A DNA stretch of 32,000 bases from the NCBI GenBank assembly GCA_942492995.1, contig OW818653.1:1080001-1112000 (forward strand). Reading direction: 5' to 3'. Position numbers and translations under genes: made by a program. This stretch comes from an uncultured Erysipelotrichaceae bacterium. GTDB taxonomy: Bacteria > Bacillota_I > Bacilli_A > Erysipelotrichales > Erysipelotrichaceae. A model generated the notes under the pieces. It worked only from the letters and a program-made list of their open reading frames with translations, made no database searches and had not been told where the DNA came from. Below are positions 16,033 to 25,594 of the stretch, piece by piece (position 1 is the stretch's first letter; each line of letters starts with the position of its first letter).

Positions 16033-17574
16033 TTATTTATTATTGGTCTTATCAAGTTCGAATGTAAAATTTATTATCGATAATTTATCGATGGTATAAC
16101 TCGCAACCATTATGAAATATGGTACAAACGCAAATAAATAACGTGCTCTAGCTTCAAATATCATATTGAATAGAATTATTCCAATACAAATTATATACAG
16201 CAGATATACTTCATCTTCTTTATTTTTTATAAGTATTTGCATACCCATTAGGATAATAATGCTTAACCAAACAAATTGTTTTAATAGTAGGAAATAGTCA
16301 AAATATGCGCCATCATGATAATAATAATTACGTAATGTTTCTGCGATACTTGAGCTACGATCAAACAACTTCTGATAAAAATCACCTTCCATTCCCCACG
16401 CAAAACTACCATCGTTGAAATTGATAACTGCTTTATTGACTAAAAAATTAAGCCAACCATTTTCATTAAGATAATTCACACGAGATTGGATGATTTCCCA
16501 GTTCTTTGTTTCTCGATCAACAATTGTAAATTGACCATAAGAGATTTCCGCATCTTCAGAAGTATATGTTCCATAACTGTCTAAATTAAGTCCTACCATT
16601 AAGTAATGAGGAACTGTAAATGCTAATTCAGGATTTTGTTTGAATTGCCCCAACTCAACAAGTGTTTTCTGAAGTGCGTTTGTACTTATGAATGTAATTA
16701 TCCCAACCACAATAATAATTACAAATCGAGTCAACTCCTGTTTTATGTTTGATTTACGTTTAATCACAAGTTCATATAAGACAATCGCTATTAACATAAT
16801 TAGAGATTGAGGTTTAATTAGACTTCCAATAAACGAACTAATAAAGATTATTGTCCAAGATAGAATATCCCAATAATTACCCTTTAATTTAAGATACACA
16901 TACAAGGCAATGCTCGGAAATATCATCATTAATGTATCTGAATATGGAATGGTAATCCAAGGTGATATTGAACATAGTAATGTGAATAATCCAAAACCCA
17001 TTAATACAACAATTTTATTTTTAATTAGTTTATTTAAATTTAATGCAAGCAATAAACCCGATAGATTTACAGATAACACACTAAATATAACAGTCCCAAA
17101 ATAATAGTTTGCTATACCTAATTGATGAAAAAACTTCATGATATATCCCAATAAAATCGTAATACTCGTTTGATTCACGTGATACGAAAAGTAGTAATTA
17201 AAATACTTCGCAATCTTATCAGGGTGTTCAATGAAATAGAATGCGGCATTTCTAACAGCACTTGCATCCCATCCTGTATAGAAATAGATTTGATATGCAA
17301 TGAAAATTTGGATGAGAAATATTATTAACGAAGTGATGAGTATTATTATCGTAGTCTGTTTTTCATTAATATTTAATTTAATCGTTTTAGTAAAGCTATA
17401 TAAAAGGAAGATGAATATAATTAAAATCACAAAAATAATCCAATTGCTAATTGGCATTCTATTTAATTGAGTTATTGATCCATTAGAATATTGAATTAAC
17501 ACATAACTTATTAATGAAATGATTAATCCGAATAGTAAATTAAGTGATATAAGCGCAAATTTCTTCAATATCAT
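16033..17574 (-). CDS. Polytopic integral membrane protein, probable GT-C-fold (ArnT/PMT-like) glycosyltransferase
   Basis: 513 aa with at least 10 hydrophobic segments by eye, a polar loop YTGWDASAVRNAAFYF after the early TMs, and a larger polar loop at residues about 310-400. RBS AGGGGGA at 17579-17585. The family assignment is tentative. Confidence 0.45.
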   Translation of the reverse strand: MILKKFALISLNLLFGLIISLISYVLIQYSNGSITQLNRMPISNWIIFVILIIFIFLLYSFTKTIKLNINEKQTTIIILITSLIIFLIQIFIAYQIYFYTGWDASAVRNAAFYFIEHPDKIAKYFNYYFSYHVNQTSITILLGYIMKFFHQLGIANYYFGTVIFSVLSVNLSGLLLALNLNKLIKNKIVVLMGFGLFTLLCSISPWITIPYSDTLMMIFPSIALYVYLKLKGNYWDILSWTIIFISSFIGSLIKPQSLIMLIAIVLYELVIKRKSNIKQELTRFVIIIVVGIITFISTNALQKTLVELGQFKQNPELAFTVPHYLMVGLNLDSYGTYTSEDAEISYGQFTIVDRETKNWEIIQSRVNYLNENGWLNFLVNKAVINFNDGSFAWGMEGDFYQKLFDRSSSIAETLRNYYYHDGAYFDYFLLLKQFVWLSIIILMGMQILIKNKEDEVYLLYIICIGIILFNMIFEARARYLFAFVPYFIMVASYTIDKLSIINFTFELDKTNNK

Positions 17575-17725
17575 AAATCCCCCTGAGTAACGAACATCAA
17601 TAAATAGAATTCATCTTTGTATTTATTCATCAATTTATTATACACGAAAGTCATTTCATAAAAGTCAGTATTATGTTCATTATATCTTGATCATTTCGGC
17701 GAATATTTATGAAAATATGATTCTA

Positions 17726-17734
17726 TGATATAGT
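17726..17734 (+). promoter_or_regulatory. Candidate extended -10 promoter for the 17757-19274 gene
   Basis: TGATATAGT (TG-n-TATAGT) at 17726-17734. GAGG RBS at 17748-17751. Confidence 0.35.
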
Positions 17735-17756
17735 AAACTATGACATTGAGGTTATT

Positions 17757-19274
17757 ATGAAACCATATTTTAAGAAATCTTCGAACTTTTTAAGAAATCA
17801 TATTTATGTTGTAAGTGTATTATTTGTTTTTGTGTTCTTCTATTTTATCTCTACCAAAGTACCTCTTGCAGGTGATGACTGGGGTTATGCATTAAATGGA
17901 ATGAAAAATAATCCATTTGTTTTAGCCTTTGAATTCTATTTTACGTGGTCAGGTCGATTCTTTAGTGAACTTTATGGTTTTCTTGTTACACCGCATAAAT
18001 GGATATGGAATAGTTTGAATGCTGGGTTATTCGCTCTAATTATCTATTCTATTCTAAAAATTGCTGGTTTAAAGAAAAGTGTTACAGCATCTTTATTAAT
18101 TATATTCTTAATGTTTAGTGTTAAAGATGAATTGAGAATGGAAACTTATACATGGCTTATGGGTACGACATATCTTATACCTTTAGCACTATCTCTATTC
18201 TATTTTTCAATTGTTTTAAAAAATATCGAGAAATATTCTCGTATTGAAAAATGGATGATACCAGTACTTGGAATTATATTGTTTATATCTAGCTTTATGA
18301 TGGAGAATGCGACAGTCGTATTGGTTTTTGCGAACTTCGTATTATTGGTTTATATCTTTGTACGTGATCGTACGATTCCAATAACTTATTTATCGTTCTT
18401 CTTAATTAGTTTATTAGGTTTGATATTAATTAGAATCTCACCTGGTGCTAGTTCAAGATTATTGCGTGATCATAGTGCTTGGATTAATCTTTCTATCTTT
18501 GAACAATTAAAATTTAATTATACGAATTTTATCCGATTCACCTTCATTGAACATCGTTATCTAGTATTAGTATTCTCTGGATTATCGTTACTAAAATTAT
18601 TAGAGAACTTGATTAAAGAAAGAAAAAATATAGTATTTACACTAATCCATTCGTTATTCTTTATCATTGCGGCCTTTACGAGTTTAACACTTACAATTAA
18701 TAGTCGTTTTCCAAATGAAATATTCAACTTATTCATTGATGTTAATTCTTACTTTAATCTGATTTTTTGGCCATTATTTATTCTTGTAGTGTTCCATTTT
18801 ATCTATATTTCATTTAAAAAAGAAGATCAGCTAAAACTTTTCTTCTTTGTGTTACTTGCAGGTATTAGTAATGGCGTAATGATGTTATCTCCAATATTTG
18901 GATATCGCTCATCGTTGTATACTGTTTATTATCTCATTGTGACATGTGCAATTATTTATTCGAGTTTAGATCAAAAGATTTTCTCTAAGCTACTAATACT
19001 TCCTCTACTTGTGTTATGTTTTAGTACCAGTAAACAATTATTATATAAATACAATTTAGTACAATCTGTCCATAACATTCGCTTATCTCAAATTCAATAT
19101 TACCTCGATAATCCTGATGTTAAGGATATTTGGTTAATACGCTATCCAATTTTTACCATTCATGGTGGTGATATTGAAGCAGATGATACATATCATTTGG
19201 AAGTATTTAAAGAGTTTTATGGATTGGCAGATGATACGACTCTTAATTTCTATTTTCCTGAAGAAGGATATTAG
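17757..19274 (+). CDS. Polytopic integral membrane protein, possible GT-C-type glycosyltransferase or polymerase (DUF6056-like)
   Basis: 505 aa and strongly hydrophobic throughout. The acidic motif VPLAGDDWGYA lies right after the first TM, where GT-C enzymes carry conserved Asp residues in their first outside loop. The C-terminal part of about 70 aa is soluble. Confidence 0.4.
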   Translation: MKPYFKKSSNFLRNHIYVVSVLFVFVFFYFISTKVPLAGDDWGYALNGMKNNPFVLAFEFYFTWSGRFFSELYGFLVTPHKWIWNSLNAGLFALIIYSILKIAGLKKSVTASLLIIFLMFSVKDELRMETYTWLMGTTYLIPLALSLFYFSIVLKNIEKYSRIEKWMIPVLGIILFISSFMMENATVVLVFANFVLLVYIFVRDRTIPITYLSFFLISLLGLILIRISPGASSRLLRDHSAWINLSIFEQLKFNYTNFIRFTFIEHRYLVLVFSGLSLLKLLENLIKERKNIVFTLIHSLFFIIAAFTSLTLTINSRFPNEIFNLFIDVNSYFNLIFWPLFILVVFHFIYISFKKEDQLKLFFFVLLAGISNGVMMLSPIFGYRSSLYTVYYLIVTCAIIYSSLDQKIFSKLLILPLLVLCFSTSKQLLYKYNLVQSVHNIRLSQIQYYLDNPDVKDIWLIRYPIFTIHGGDIEADDTYHLEVFKEFYGLADDTTLNFYFPEEGY

Positions 19275-20665
19275 AATTTAAAGTAGATAAATGGATTATA
19301 ACTACTATCAATTAAGAAGATAATACATAGAACAAATAAAGCAAGGACAATAATACTCTTTAACAAGTTGTATAGTGTGCTTGTTTTTAATTTAGTTTCT
19401 ATCCAAGGAATGAGTGGAGTACTAAAGAGAATCCCTAATAAATAATATGGCCAATAGTTTCCAAAATTTAAGTTAATTAGTGAATCCGCATCATATGGTG
19501 TAATAAATATCATGCGATTTATGAATGCGAATATCTGATCAACACTCGATGAATTAAAGATTACCCAACTTATCATGATTAAGAATACTGTAATTAGATG
19601 ATTTAATCCCTTTAAAAATGAGAGTACTTTTCCTAAGAAGAGTTTTTCAAGAATTAATAAAATACCGAAATAAACACCCCATAAAACGAAATTCCATGCG
19701 GCTCCATGCCATAAACCAGTCGCAAACCATACTATTGCGATATTTCTAATCCAGAGTAAGAAGTTAACTCTATTCCCGCCTAATGGGATATAGATATAAT
19801 CTCTAAACCATGTGCTTAATGAAATATGCCAACGTTTCCAAAAGTCAGTTATGCTTGTGGCAATATAAGGATAATTAAAGTTTTCAAGGAAATGGAATCC
19901 AAAGATACGGGCTATTCCTATAGCCATATCTGAATAACCTGAGAAATCAAAATAGATTTGTAATGTGAATGAGATTACTGCTATATACACCTGTGTTGAA
20001 TTCAATGAACTCAAATCCGTAATCTTGAATACATCTGCCGCAATAACTGCGACTTGATTCGCGATTAATACTTTCTTAGATAAACCAATGATGAAACGTT
20101 GAAGACCATCCACAACATCATCCATTGAAACTTTACGACTTTGGTATTCCTCATGGATTGTTTCATAACGTACAATTGGACCTGAAATAAGGGTTGGAAA
20201 TAAAACCATATAGTTCGCAATGATTAAGAACGATTTTTGAACTGGGATTTTCTTTCGATACACATCAACAACATACGATATAACTCTAAATGTATAAAAA
20301 CTAATACCGATCGGTAAGAAAACTTCACTATACGCAAAATCAGTCCCAAAGATAAAGTTCGTATTCTCTAGAAAGAAGTTCGAATACTTAAAGTAAGAAA
20401 GTAATCCAAGATTCAATATTACAATTAGCCATAAGATTAGTTTACGTGAATTCCCTTCTTTTTTATCCATAACGATGGATAAAGAGTAGTTCACAATAAT
20501 CACAACAAGCATTAATCCTAATGTAGATACTTCACCCCAAGAATAGAAAGCGATAGAAGCGATTAATAATATCGTATTTCGATAATGAATATTCGTTGAT
20601 AAGAAATATAAAATGATTGTCAGTGGAAAAAACAACAATAGAAATGTCATACTACTGAATAACAT
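19271..20665 (-). CDS. MBOAT family O-acyltransferase (AlgI/DltB-like)
   Basis: 464 aa and multi-TM. It carries the signature FWKRWHISLSTWFRDYIYIPLGGNR with the conserved His. Its start overlaps the upstream stop (TAATG at 20663-20667). Confidence 0.85.
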   Translation of the reverse strand: MLFSSMTFLLLFFPLTIILYFLSTNIHYRNTILLIASIAFYSWGEVSTLGLMLVVIIVNYSLSIVMDKKEGNSRKLILWLIVILNLGLLSYFKYSNFFLENTNFIFGTDFAYSEVFLPIGISFYTFRVISYVVDVYRKKIPVQKSFLIIANYMVLFPTLISGPIVRYETIHEEYQSRKVSMDDVVDGLQRFIIGLSKKVLIANQVAVIAADVFKITDLSSLNSTQVYIAVISFTLQIYFDFSGYSDMAIGIARIFGFHFLENFNYPYIATSITDFWKRWHISLSTWFRDYIYIPLGGNRVNFLLWIRNIAIVWFATGLWHGAAWNFVLWGVYFGILLILEKLFLGKVLSFLKGLNHLITVFLIMISWVIFNSSSVDQIFAFINRMIFITPYDADSLINLNFGNYWPYYLLGILFSTPLIPWIETKLKTSTLYNLLKSIIVLALFVLCIIFLIDSSYNPFIYFKF

Positions 20666-21903
20666 TACTCATCCCCCTTAATAACATTATTAAATTTATA
20701 ACGTGGTCCATATTCATCCGCATAGAAATAGTTTTCAATTGTAATCATAAACATAATATCATCTACTTCTTTCTCTTCAATAAACCCATAGAAATCAAAT
20801 GTTTTATAATACTTTAGATAATAGTTTACTGGATTAATCGCATAAACTGTCCCATAGTGTTGAGCTAATAACGGCAATACTGGACCCATATAAGAGTCAC
20901 CTACTACAAACAATACTTTATCATTAACGCCGCTTCGATAGGTATTCATATAGCCTTTAAATGGATATGCAAGATTGTATAAGTAAGTCCATGATTCAAA
21001 TGTTTCAGCTTGATCATAGAACTCTTCATACATTTCAAGGTTTGTGATATCACCATTATCTAGTTCAACTGTATAATTCGCTAAATCATATTGGAATAAA
21101 CAGAATTCGCTAGGGTCTAAAATACCACCTGTACGAGTCGAGAAGCTTCCATAGAATTTATAGTTGCAATCTAAATACGATGGTTCTAATGGTTGTGATT
21201 CTGGTTGTAACATACTGAGCATATCGCGATAACCAATGTAACTTCCAAGATGATTCCAATGATGATCAGATGAATAGAAATGTTGTTCATAATACTCTAA
21301 ATCTTCTATTGTTAAAGATTTATAAGGGACTTTCGCATATTCTTTCATCATTTCATCTAGTTCTACACCATATGTCTCAAGTTCATTTACTTCATCAAAT
21401 AAGCTTGTTTCATGCGCTTGGATTGGATGATAAACAAATACATTTTTATCAGGGAAGAACTCTTGTAGAGCTGCATATTGATCAAGACGTTCTTTAACAC
21501 GTGTTTCTATTCTTTCTTCATATACCATGGGTTTTGTGACAATGTAATTCGATGTCCCAATTCTAAATAAATTTGGATCATTAAGTGGTGTTAATTCAGT
21601 TTCCATACTTGAAATCTGGAAAATCAGACTAGTAAGATAATAATTTACTTTACGTTTGCCATTTACGATCTCATAACGCATAAAGAATTGATCTTCTAGA
21701 ATATGTGCTAACTTTACTTGGAATGTATCATCGAGTGTTTCATTATCATATAAATGTTCAATCGTGTATAAATTACGGTTTTCAATAAAGGAAACGGCTT
21801 GTTGTTCCTTGTAGACGAAAATATACAACACAGAACTAAGTATCATACCAAAAAAAAGAATCAAAAATAGTGCATTTGTTCCTTTACGAAATAATTCCTT
21901 CAT
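20665..21903 (-). CDS. DHHW family protein (AlgJ/AlgX-like extracytoplasmic partner of MBOAT acyltransferases)
   Basis: 412 aa with a single N-terminal TM (ALFLILFFGMILSSVLYIFV) and the eponymous motif in SSDHHWNHLGSY. It is translationally coupled to the MBOAT gene. Confidence 0.7.
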   Translation of the reverse strand: MKELFRKGTNALFLILFFGMILSSVLYIFVYKEQQAVSFIENRNLYTIEHLYDNETLDDTFQVKLAHILEDQFFMRYEIVNGKRKVNYYLTSLIFQISSMETELTPLNDPNLFRIGTSNYIVTKPMVYEERIETRVKERLDQYAALQEFFPDKNVFVYHPIQAHETSLFDEVNELETYGVELDEMMKEYAKVPYKSLTIEDLEYYEQHFYSSDHHWNHLGSYIGYRDMLSMLQPESQPLEPSYLDCNYKFYGSFSTRTGGILDPSEFCLFQYDLANYTVELDNGDITNLEMYEEFYDQAETFESWTYLYNLAYPFKGYMNTYRSGVNDKVLFVVGDSYMGPVLPLLAQHYGTVYAINPVNYYLKYYKTFDFYGFIEEKEVDDIMFMITIENYFYADEYGPRYKFNNVIKGDE

Positions 21904-21943
21904 ATTATTGAATCAGCCTTTCTTAAACAATAAATCCGTATTC

Positions 21944-21973
21944 AGTATAACAAATATATTCACATCTATACAA
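21944..21973 (-). promoter_or_regulatory. Candidate promoter for the DHHW/MBOAT pair
   Basis: On the minus strand, TTGTAT (21973-21968), 18-nt spacer, TATACT (21949-21944), preceded by TGT (extended -10-like). Confidence 0.35.
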
Positions 21974-22040
21974 TGTACCTAAAATAATAAAAATTTGAAT
22001 ATTTCACTATACGTATATTAAAACATTAATTAAATTATGA

Positions 22041-23030
22041 TTAATGTTTTGCGAAATGTTCTTTTAATTTCAAATAAAAAGATAAAGGTTGAATAAGACT
22101 AACATTCATATGCTTTATGTATATTTGGTATTTCTTTGGTAAATTAATCAAATATGGATTTTCTCTCCATTTAGGAAACTTAGTATTTAAAATAGTTAAT
22201 GATTTACTTAAATTAGGTGCTTGATGTTTAGATAATAAAAATCTAAATCCACCGTTTAACATTAGTTGTTCAATCATTAAGAACTCAAGTTCATAATAGT
22301 ACAATTCAAAAAGATTATTTCTTTCAAAATATTCTGTGCATAATTCCATTATCTTAAAAATATCTTGTGTCTTTGGATTATCTACAGAACCCATGATTGA
22401 AGTAGTTCTTTGACGATAATGAACTAAGCTTTCGTTCACAACACTTATTTTCTTCGCAATTGTAAAGAATGGGACTGATACTGGTATATCTTCATACCAT
22501 AATCCGATTGGATACTTTAATCCTGATTCGATAAATAAGGTTCTTCGATACAATTTATTCCACGCAAATAAGGGCGAAAGAAATAATGACTTAGTCATAC
22601 TTACACCATCAACTGCGACAAATCCTTGTTTATAAAGTTTATCATTTGAATTATCGTAAAAATATTCCAGATCACAAACGACTAAATCAGAGTCATTTTC
22701 GTAAGCACTTTGATATAGTTTTTCATACATTGTATGATCTACGACATCATCACTATCGATAAATCCAATGTACTCACCTTTTGCGTAAGGAATGCCATAA
22801 TTACGTGCATCTCCCAATCCACCATTTTCTTTGATTAAGCTCACGAATTTATTAGGGTATTTCTCAACATATTGATCGATAATGATTTGACTGTTATCTT
22901 TTGTCCCATCGTTTACGACAATGATTTCAATCTCATTGAGAGTTTGACGCGCTAAAGAACCTAAACATTCATCTAGGTATTTTTCAACGTTATAAACTGG
23001 GACAATAACACTCACTTTAATTGGATACAT
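22041..23030 (-). CDS. Family 2 glycosyltransferase
   Basis: VSVIVPVYNVEKYLDECLGSLARQTLNEIEIIVVNDGTKDNS followed by DSDD. The start is 1 nt after the upstream stop. Confidence 0.85.
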   Translation of the reverse strand: MYPIKVSVIVPVYNVEKYLDECLGSLARQTLNEIEIIVVNDGTKDNSQIIIDQYVEKYPNKFVSLIKENGGLGDARNYGIPYAKGEYIGFIDSDDVVDHTMYEKLYQSAYENDSDLVVCDLEYFYDNSNDKLYKQGFVAVDGVSMTKSLFLSPLFAWNKLYRRTLFIESGLKYPIGLWYEDIPVSVPFFTIAKKISVVNESLVHYRQRTTSIMGSVDNPKTQDIFKIMELCTEYFERNNLFELYYYELEFLMIEQLMLNGGFRFLLSKHQAPNLSKSLTILNTKFPKWRENPYLINLPKKYQIYIKHMNVSLIQPLSFYLKLKEHFAKH

Positions 23031-23031
23031 T

Positions 23032-24102
23032 CTATATTCCGCCTATTAGATTCAATATTTTAGTTTTCAATCCATTTCCATACAATAATCGATTCAATTT
23101 ACGATAGACTAGTTTATCAAATACAGCTCTATCTTTAGAGTTAATTAATGCTAAATCATTAATACGTTCTTTACCACTAACATCAGACATCTTTGTGTAA
23201 TATTCTTCAATTACTGAATAATGAGGTAATAAAGGTTCAAAAATTGTGTATGTAGATTTAAGTTTTTCGAGTAATACTTTCTTATCCGCATGAACTTTTT
23301 CAATCATATTAAATACGAACTTGAATGTTTCAAACATACGATAATAAAATACCGATGGTACATTATCCAATTGTTTAGATTGTTCAAGAATTTCTGTTTG
23401 AACTTTTATCCAGTAATCGATTACTTGTGGTTTAACGTCAGTCGAAGTATTTCCTTCACGATTAATCAAATAATACGCTAATGGTTCATTTGAATAAACC
23501 ACTTTATTGGCTTGATTTAAACACACAAAGAATAAAAGATTATCGGTAAAACTAACTTTTAATGGAAATTTCACTTTTTTCGCAAACTCTGTTTTATAGA
23601 GTTTTGAATGTGGGGATGGATCCACGAAATATAAGTCTTTAAAATTATCGTCTGATCTCTTATAACATTGTTTATCAATCAGTTTAACAATGGATTTATT
23701 ATACGTTTGGTCATAGACTACTTCACTATTATCTGAATAGATTAAGTTTTTCGATCCAACTACCATATCCGCTTCATTTGATTCCATTAAATAAAGTAAA
23801 TGTTCAATCGTATTTTCGACTAAATAATCATCTGGATCACAAATAAGTGCATAAGGTGTATCGATCATCGCAAAAGCCATGTTTAAAACTGAACCGTAGC
23901 CACCGTTTTCCTTTTTAATGGACTTAATGAAATCATACTTTTCAGCGTATTCATTCGCTATTTCAAATTCGTTCGCTGGTGAACCATCGTTGATAATATA
24001 CGCAATAAAATCCTTTGATGTTTGATTGACTAAACTATCCAAACATTTCCGGATGTATTGTTCCACATTGTATGTAGGTACGATAATACTTACTTTTGCC
24101 AT
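23032..24102 (-). CDS. Family 2 glycosyltransferase
   Basis: VSIIVPTYNVEQYIRKCLDSLVNQTSKDFIAYIINDGSP followed by DPDD. GAGGGA RBS at 24108-24113. Confidence 0.8.
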   Translation of the reverse strand: MAKVSIIVPTYNVEQYIRKCLDSLVNQTSKDFIAYIINDGSPANEFEIANEYAEKYDFIKSIKKENGGYGSVLNMAFAMIDTPYALICDPDDYLVENTIEHLLYLMESNEADMVVGSKNLIYSDNSEVVYDQTYNKSIVKLIDKQCYKRSDDNFKDLYFVDPSPHSKLYKTEFAKKVKFPLKVSFTDNLLFFVCLNQANKVVYSNEPLAYYLINREGNTSTDVKPQVIDYWIKVQTEILEQSKQLDNVPSVFYYRMFETFKFVFNMIEKVHADKKVLLEKLKSTYTIFEPLLPHYSVIEEYYTKMSDVSGKERINDLALINSKDRAVFDKLVYRKLNRLLYGNGLKTKILNLIGGI

Positions 24103-24110
24103 AGTTCCCT

Positions 24111-25559
24111 CTAGTTCTTTTTGAGTTTAACAAGTCGTAAAACTTGATCTAACATTTTAATATGAAAAGGTTCTTTCATTAACGTTAATAATGCCATATA
24201 AACAATAAATCCTGCAGTAACTTGAAGTAGATTCGTCAAGATACGTGGTCCAAAGCTTAATCCAATTCCATAAACAACTGCACACATTAGAATTGCGGAA
24301 ATAAAGTAAATAATAATACTCTTCAATCCAACATTTAATTGAATCGATTTACGAATATAGAAATATTGAACCGCGGTTACACATAATTCCGCAAACATAA
24401 CACTTAAACCTGCGCCGATTGCGCCAAATCGTGGGATTAATAATAAATTGAATAAGAAGTTCGCAATTGCGCCAATAATAACGCTCTTACTGTATTGGCT
24501 AAGTCTGTTTGTTGGGACTAAATATTGTGTACCAAATACATTGGAAAGTGCGATAAATAGAATAATTGGACTCATCATAGCGATTAAGAAACCAACAATT
24601 TTGAATTCTGGTGCCATAAACCAATCAATAAAGAATGGCCCAACGCCAATCATCCCAAACATCATTGGAATCGCTAGATACAATGCGAGTTTAAAGGTCA
24701 CATTTAAATAGTCATTGATTTTATTATCATCACCTTTTGCGTGTTCATTTGCGATTCGAGGTAACATAACCATTCCAATTGAAGTGATAAAGTATAAGAA
24801 CATTTTATCGAAACGAATTGCTTGTTGATAAAAGGCTAATTGTGTTTTATCCGCAAGTAATCCTGTCATTGTTTGATCTAAAACGCTATAAATACTAATC
24901 GCAATTTGCGGGACAAATAAGACTAAATTAGGTTTCATATGAATTTTATACGATTCAATTATATTAACTGGTTTAAAATTGATGTACTCTTTGAGTTGGA
25001 AAAATAACACTAATTGAGCAAGTACTGCTGTCACAACATTGATCCAGACAAAGATATCCAAATCATCGATTGATTTAACGAACATGAAGATTAGCGCTAC
25101 ATTAATCAATCTAAATATAATACTTCTTAAGGATGATTTCTTAAAGTCTTCAACCCCAAGGAAGAACCATGTTATATCAAATACTGTTGCGAACAATGAT
25201 ACACCTTGGATGAGATAAATATTCTTATATTCTAATGGAGCGAATACGACAAATAAGAAATAAAGTATGATCACAAGTAACATATTGCATACTTGCATGC
25301 TAAGAATACCCATAAATGTTTTAGATAAATGAGCTTTATCATCTCTTACACGAGCAATTTCTTTATTCCCATACATTGATATACCCATATATCCGAATAT
25401 GACAAACCATTGTACGATTGAACTAGAAAAAGCATTTATTCCAAGACCTTCTGCGCCAATCGTTCGAGTGGTATAAGGTACTACAATAAATGGGATTAAG
25501 ATTGTGAATACTTGATAGAGTATATAAAAAATGTAGTTTTTAAAGAGATTTCGTTTCAT
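24111..25559 (-). CDS. Wzx-type oligosaccharide/polysaccharide flippase (Polysacc_synt, MOP superfamily)
   Basis: 482 aa with about 12-14 TM segments. The N-terminus LYQVFTILIPFIVVPYTTRTIGAEGLGINAF is typical of RfbX/Wzx/TuaB-like flippases. Confidence 0.8.
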   Translation of the reverse strand: MKRNLFKNYIFYILYQVFTILIPFIVVPYTTRTIGAEGLGINAFSSSIVQWFVIFGYMGISMYGNKEIARVRDDKAHLSKTFMGILSMQVCNMLLVIILYFLFVVFAPLEYKNIYLIQGVSLFATVFDITWFFLGVEDFKKSSLRSIIFRLINVALIFMFVKSIDDLDIFVWINVVTAVLAQLVLFFQLKEYINFKPVNIIESYKIHMKPNLVLFVPQIAISIYSVLDQTMTGLLADKTQLAFYQQAIRFDKMFLYFITSIGMVMLPRIANEHAKGDDNKINDYLNVTFKLALYLAIPMMFGMIGVGPFFIDWFMAPEFKIVGFLIAMMSPIILFIALSNVFGTQYLVPTNRLSQYSKSVIIGAIANFLFNLLLIPRFGAIGAGLSVMFAELCVTAVQYFYIRKSIQLNVGLKSIIIYFISAILMCAVVYGIGLSFGPRILTNLLQVTAGFIVYMALLTLMKEPFHIKMLDQVLRLVKLKKN

Positions 25560-25594
25560 AAGGTCCTTAGAATTATATCATACTGACTAATCGA

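Noticed and set aside
16910-17104. 64-aa plus-strand ORF
   Set aside because: It lies entirely inside, and antisense to, the well-supported 513-aa membrane protein gene, and it has no RBS.
21270-21497. 75-aa plus-strand ORF
   Set aside because: It is antisense within the DHHW gene and is a typical shadow ORF of AT-rich DNA.
23290-23481. 63-aa plus-strand ORF
   Set aside because: It is antisense within the GT2 gene at 23032-24102, with no translation signals.
24448-24711. 87-aa plus-strand ORF
   Set aside because: It is antisense within the Wzx flippase gene. Its hydrophobicity simply mirrors the TM-rich opposite strand.
25572-25580. Minus-strand TGATATAAT (extended -10-like) between glf and wzx
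   Set aside because: It lies only about 5-13 nt from the wzx RBS and ATG, so a transcript started here would lack the RBS. It is most likely a chance match in AT-rich DNA within a continuous operon.
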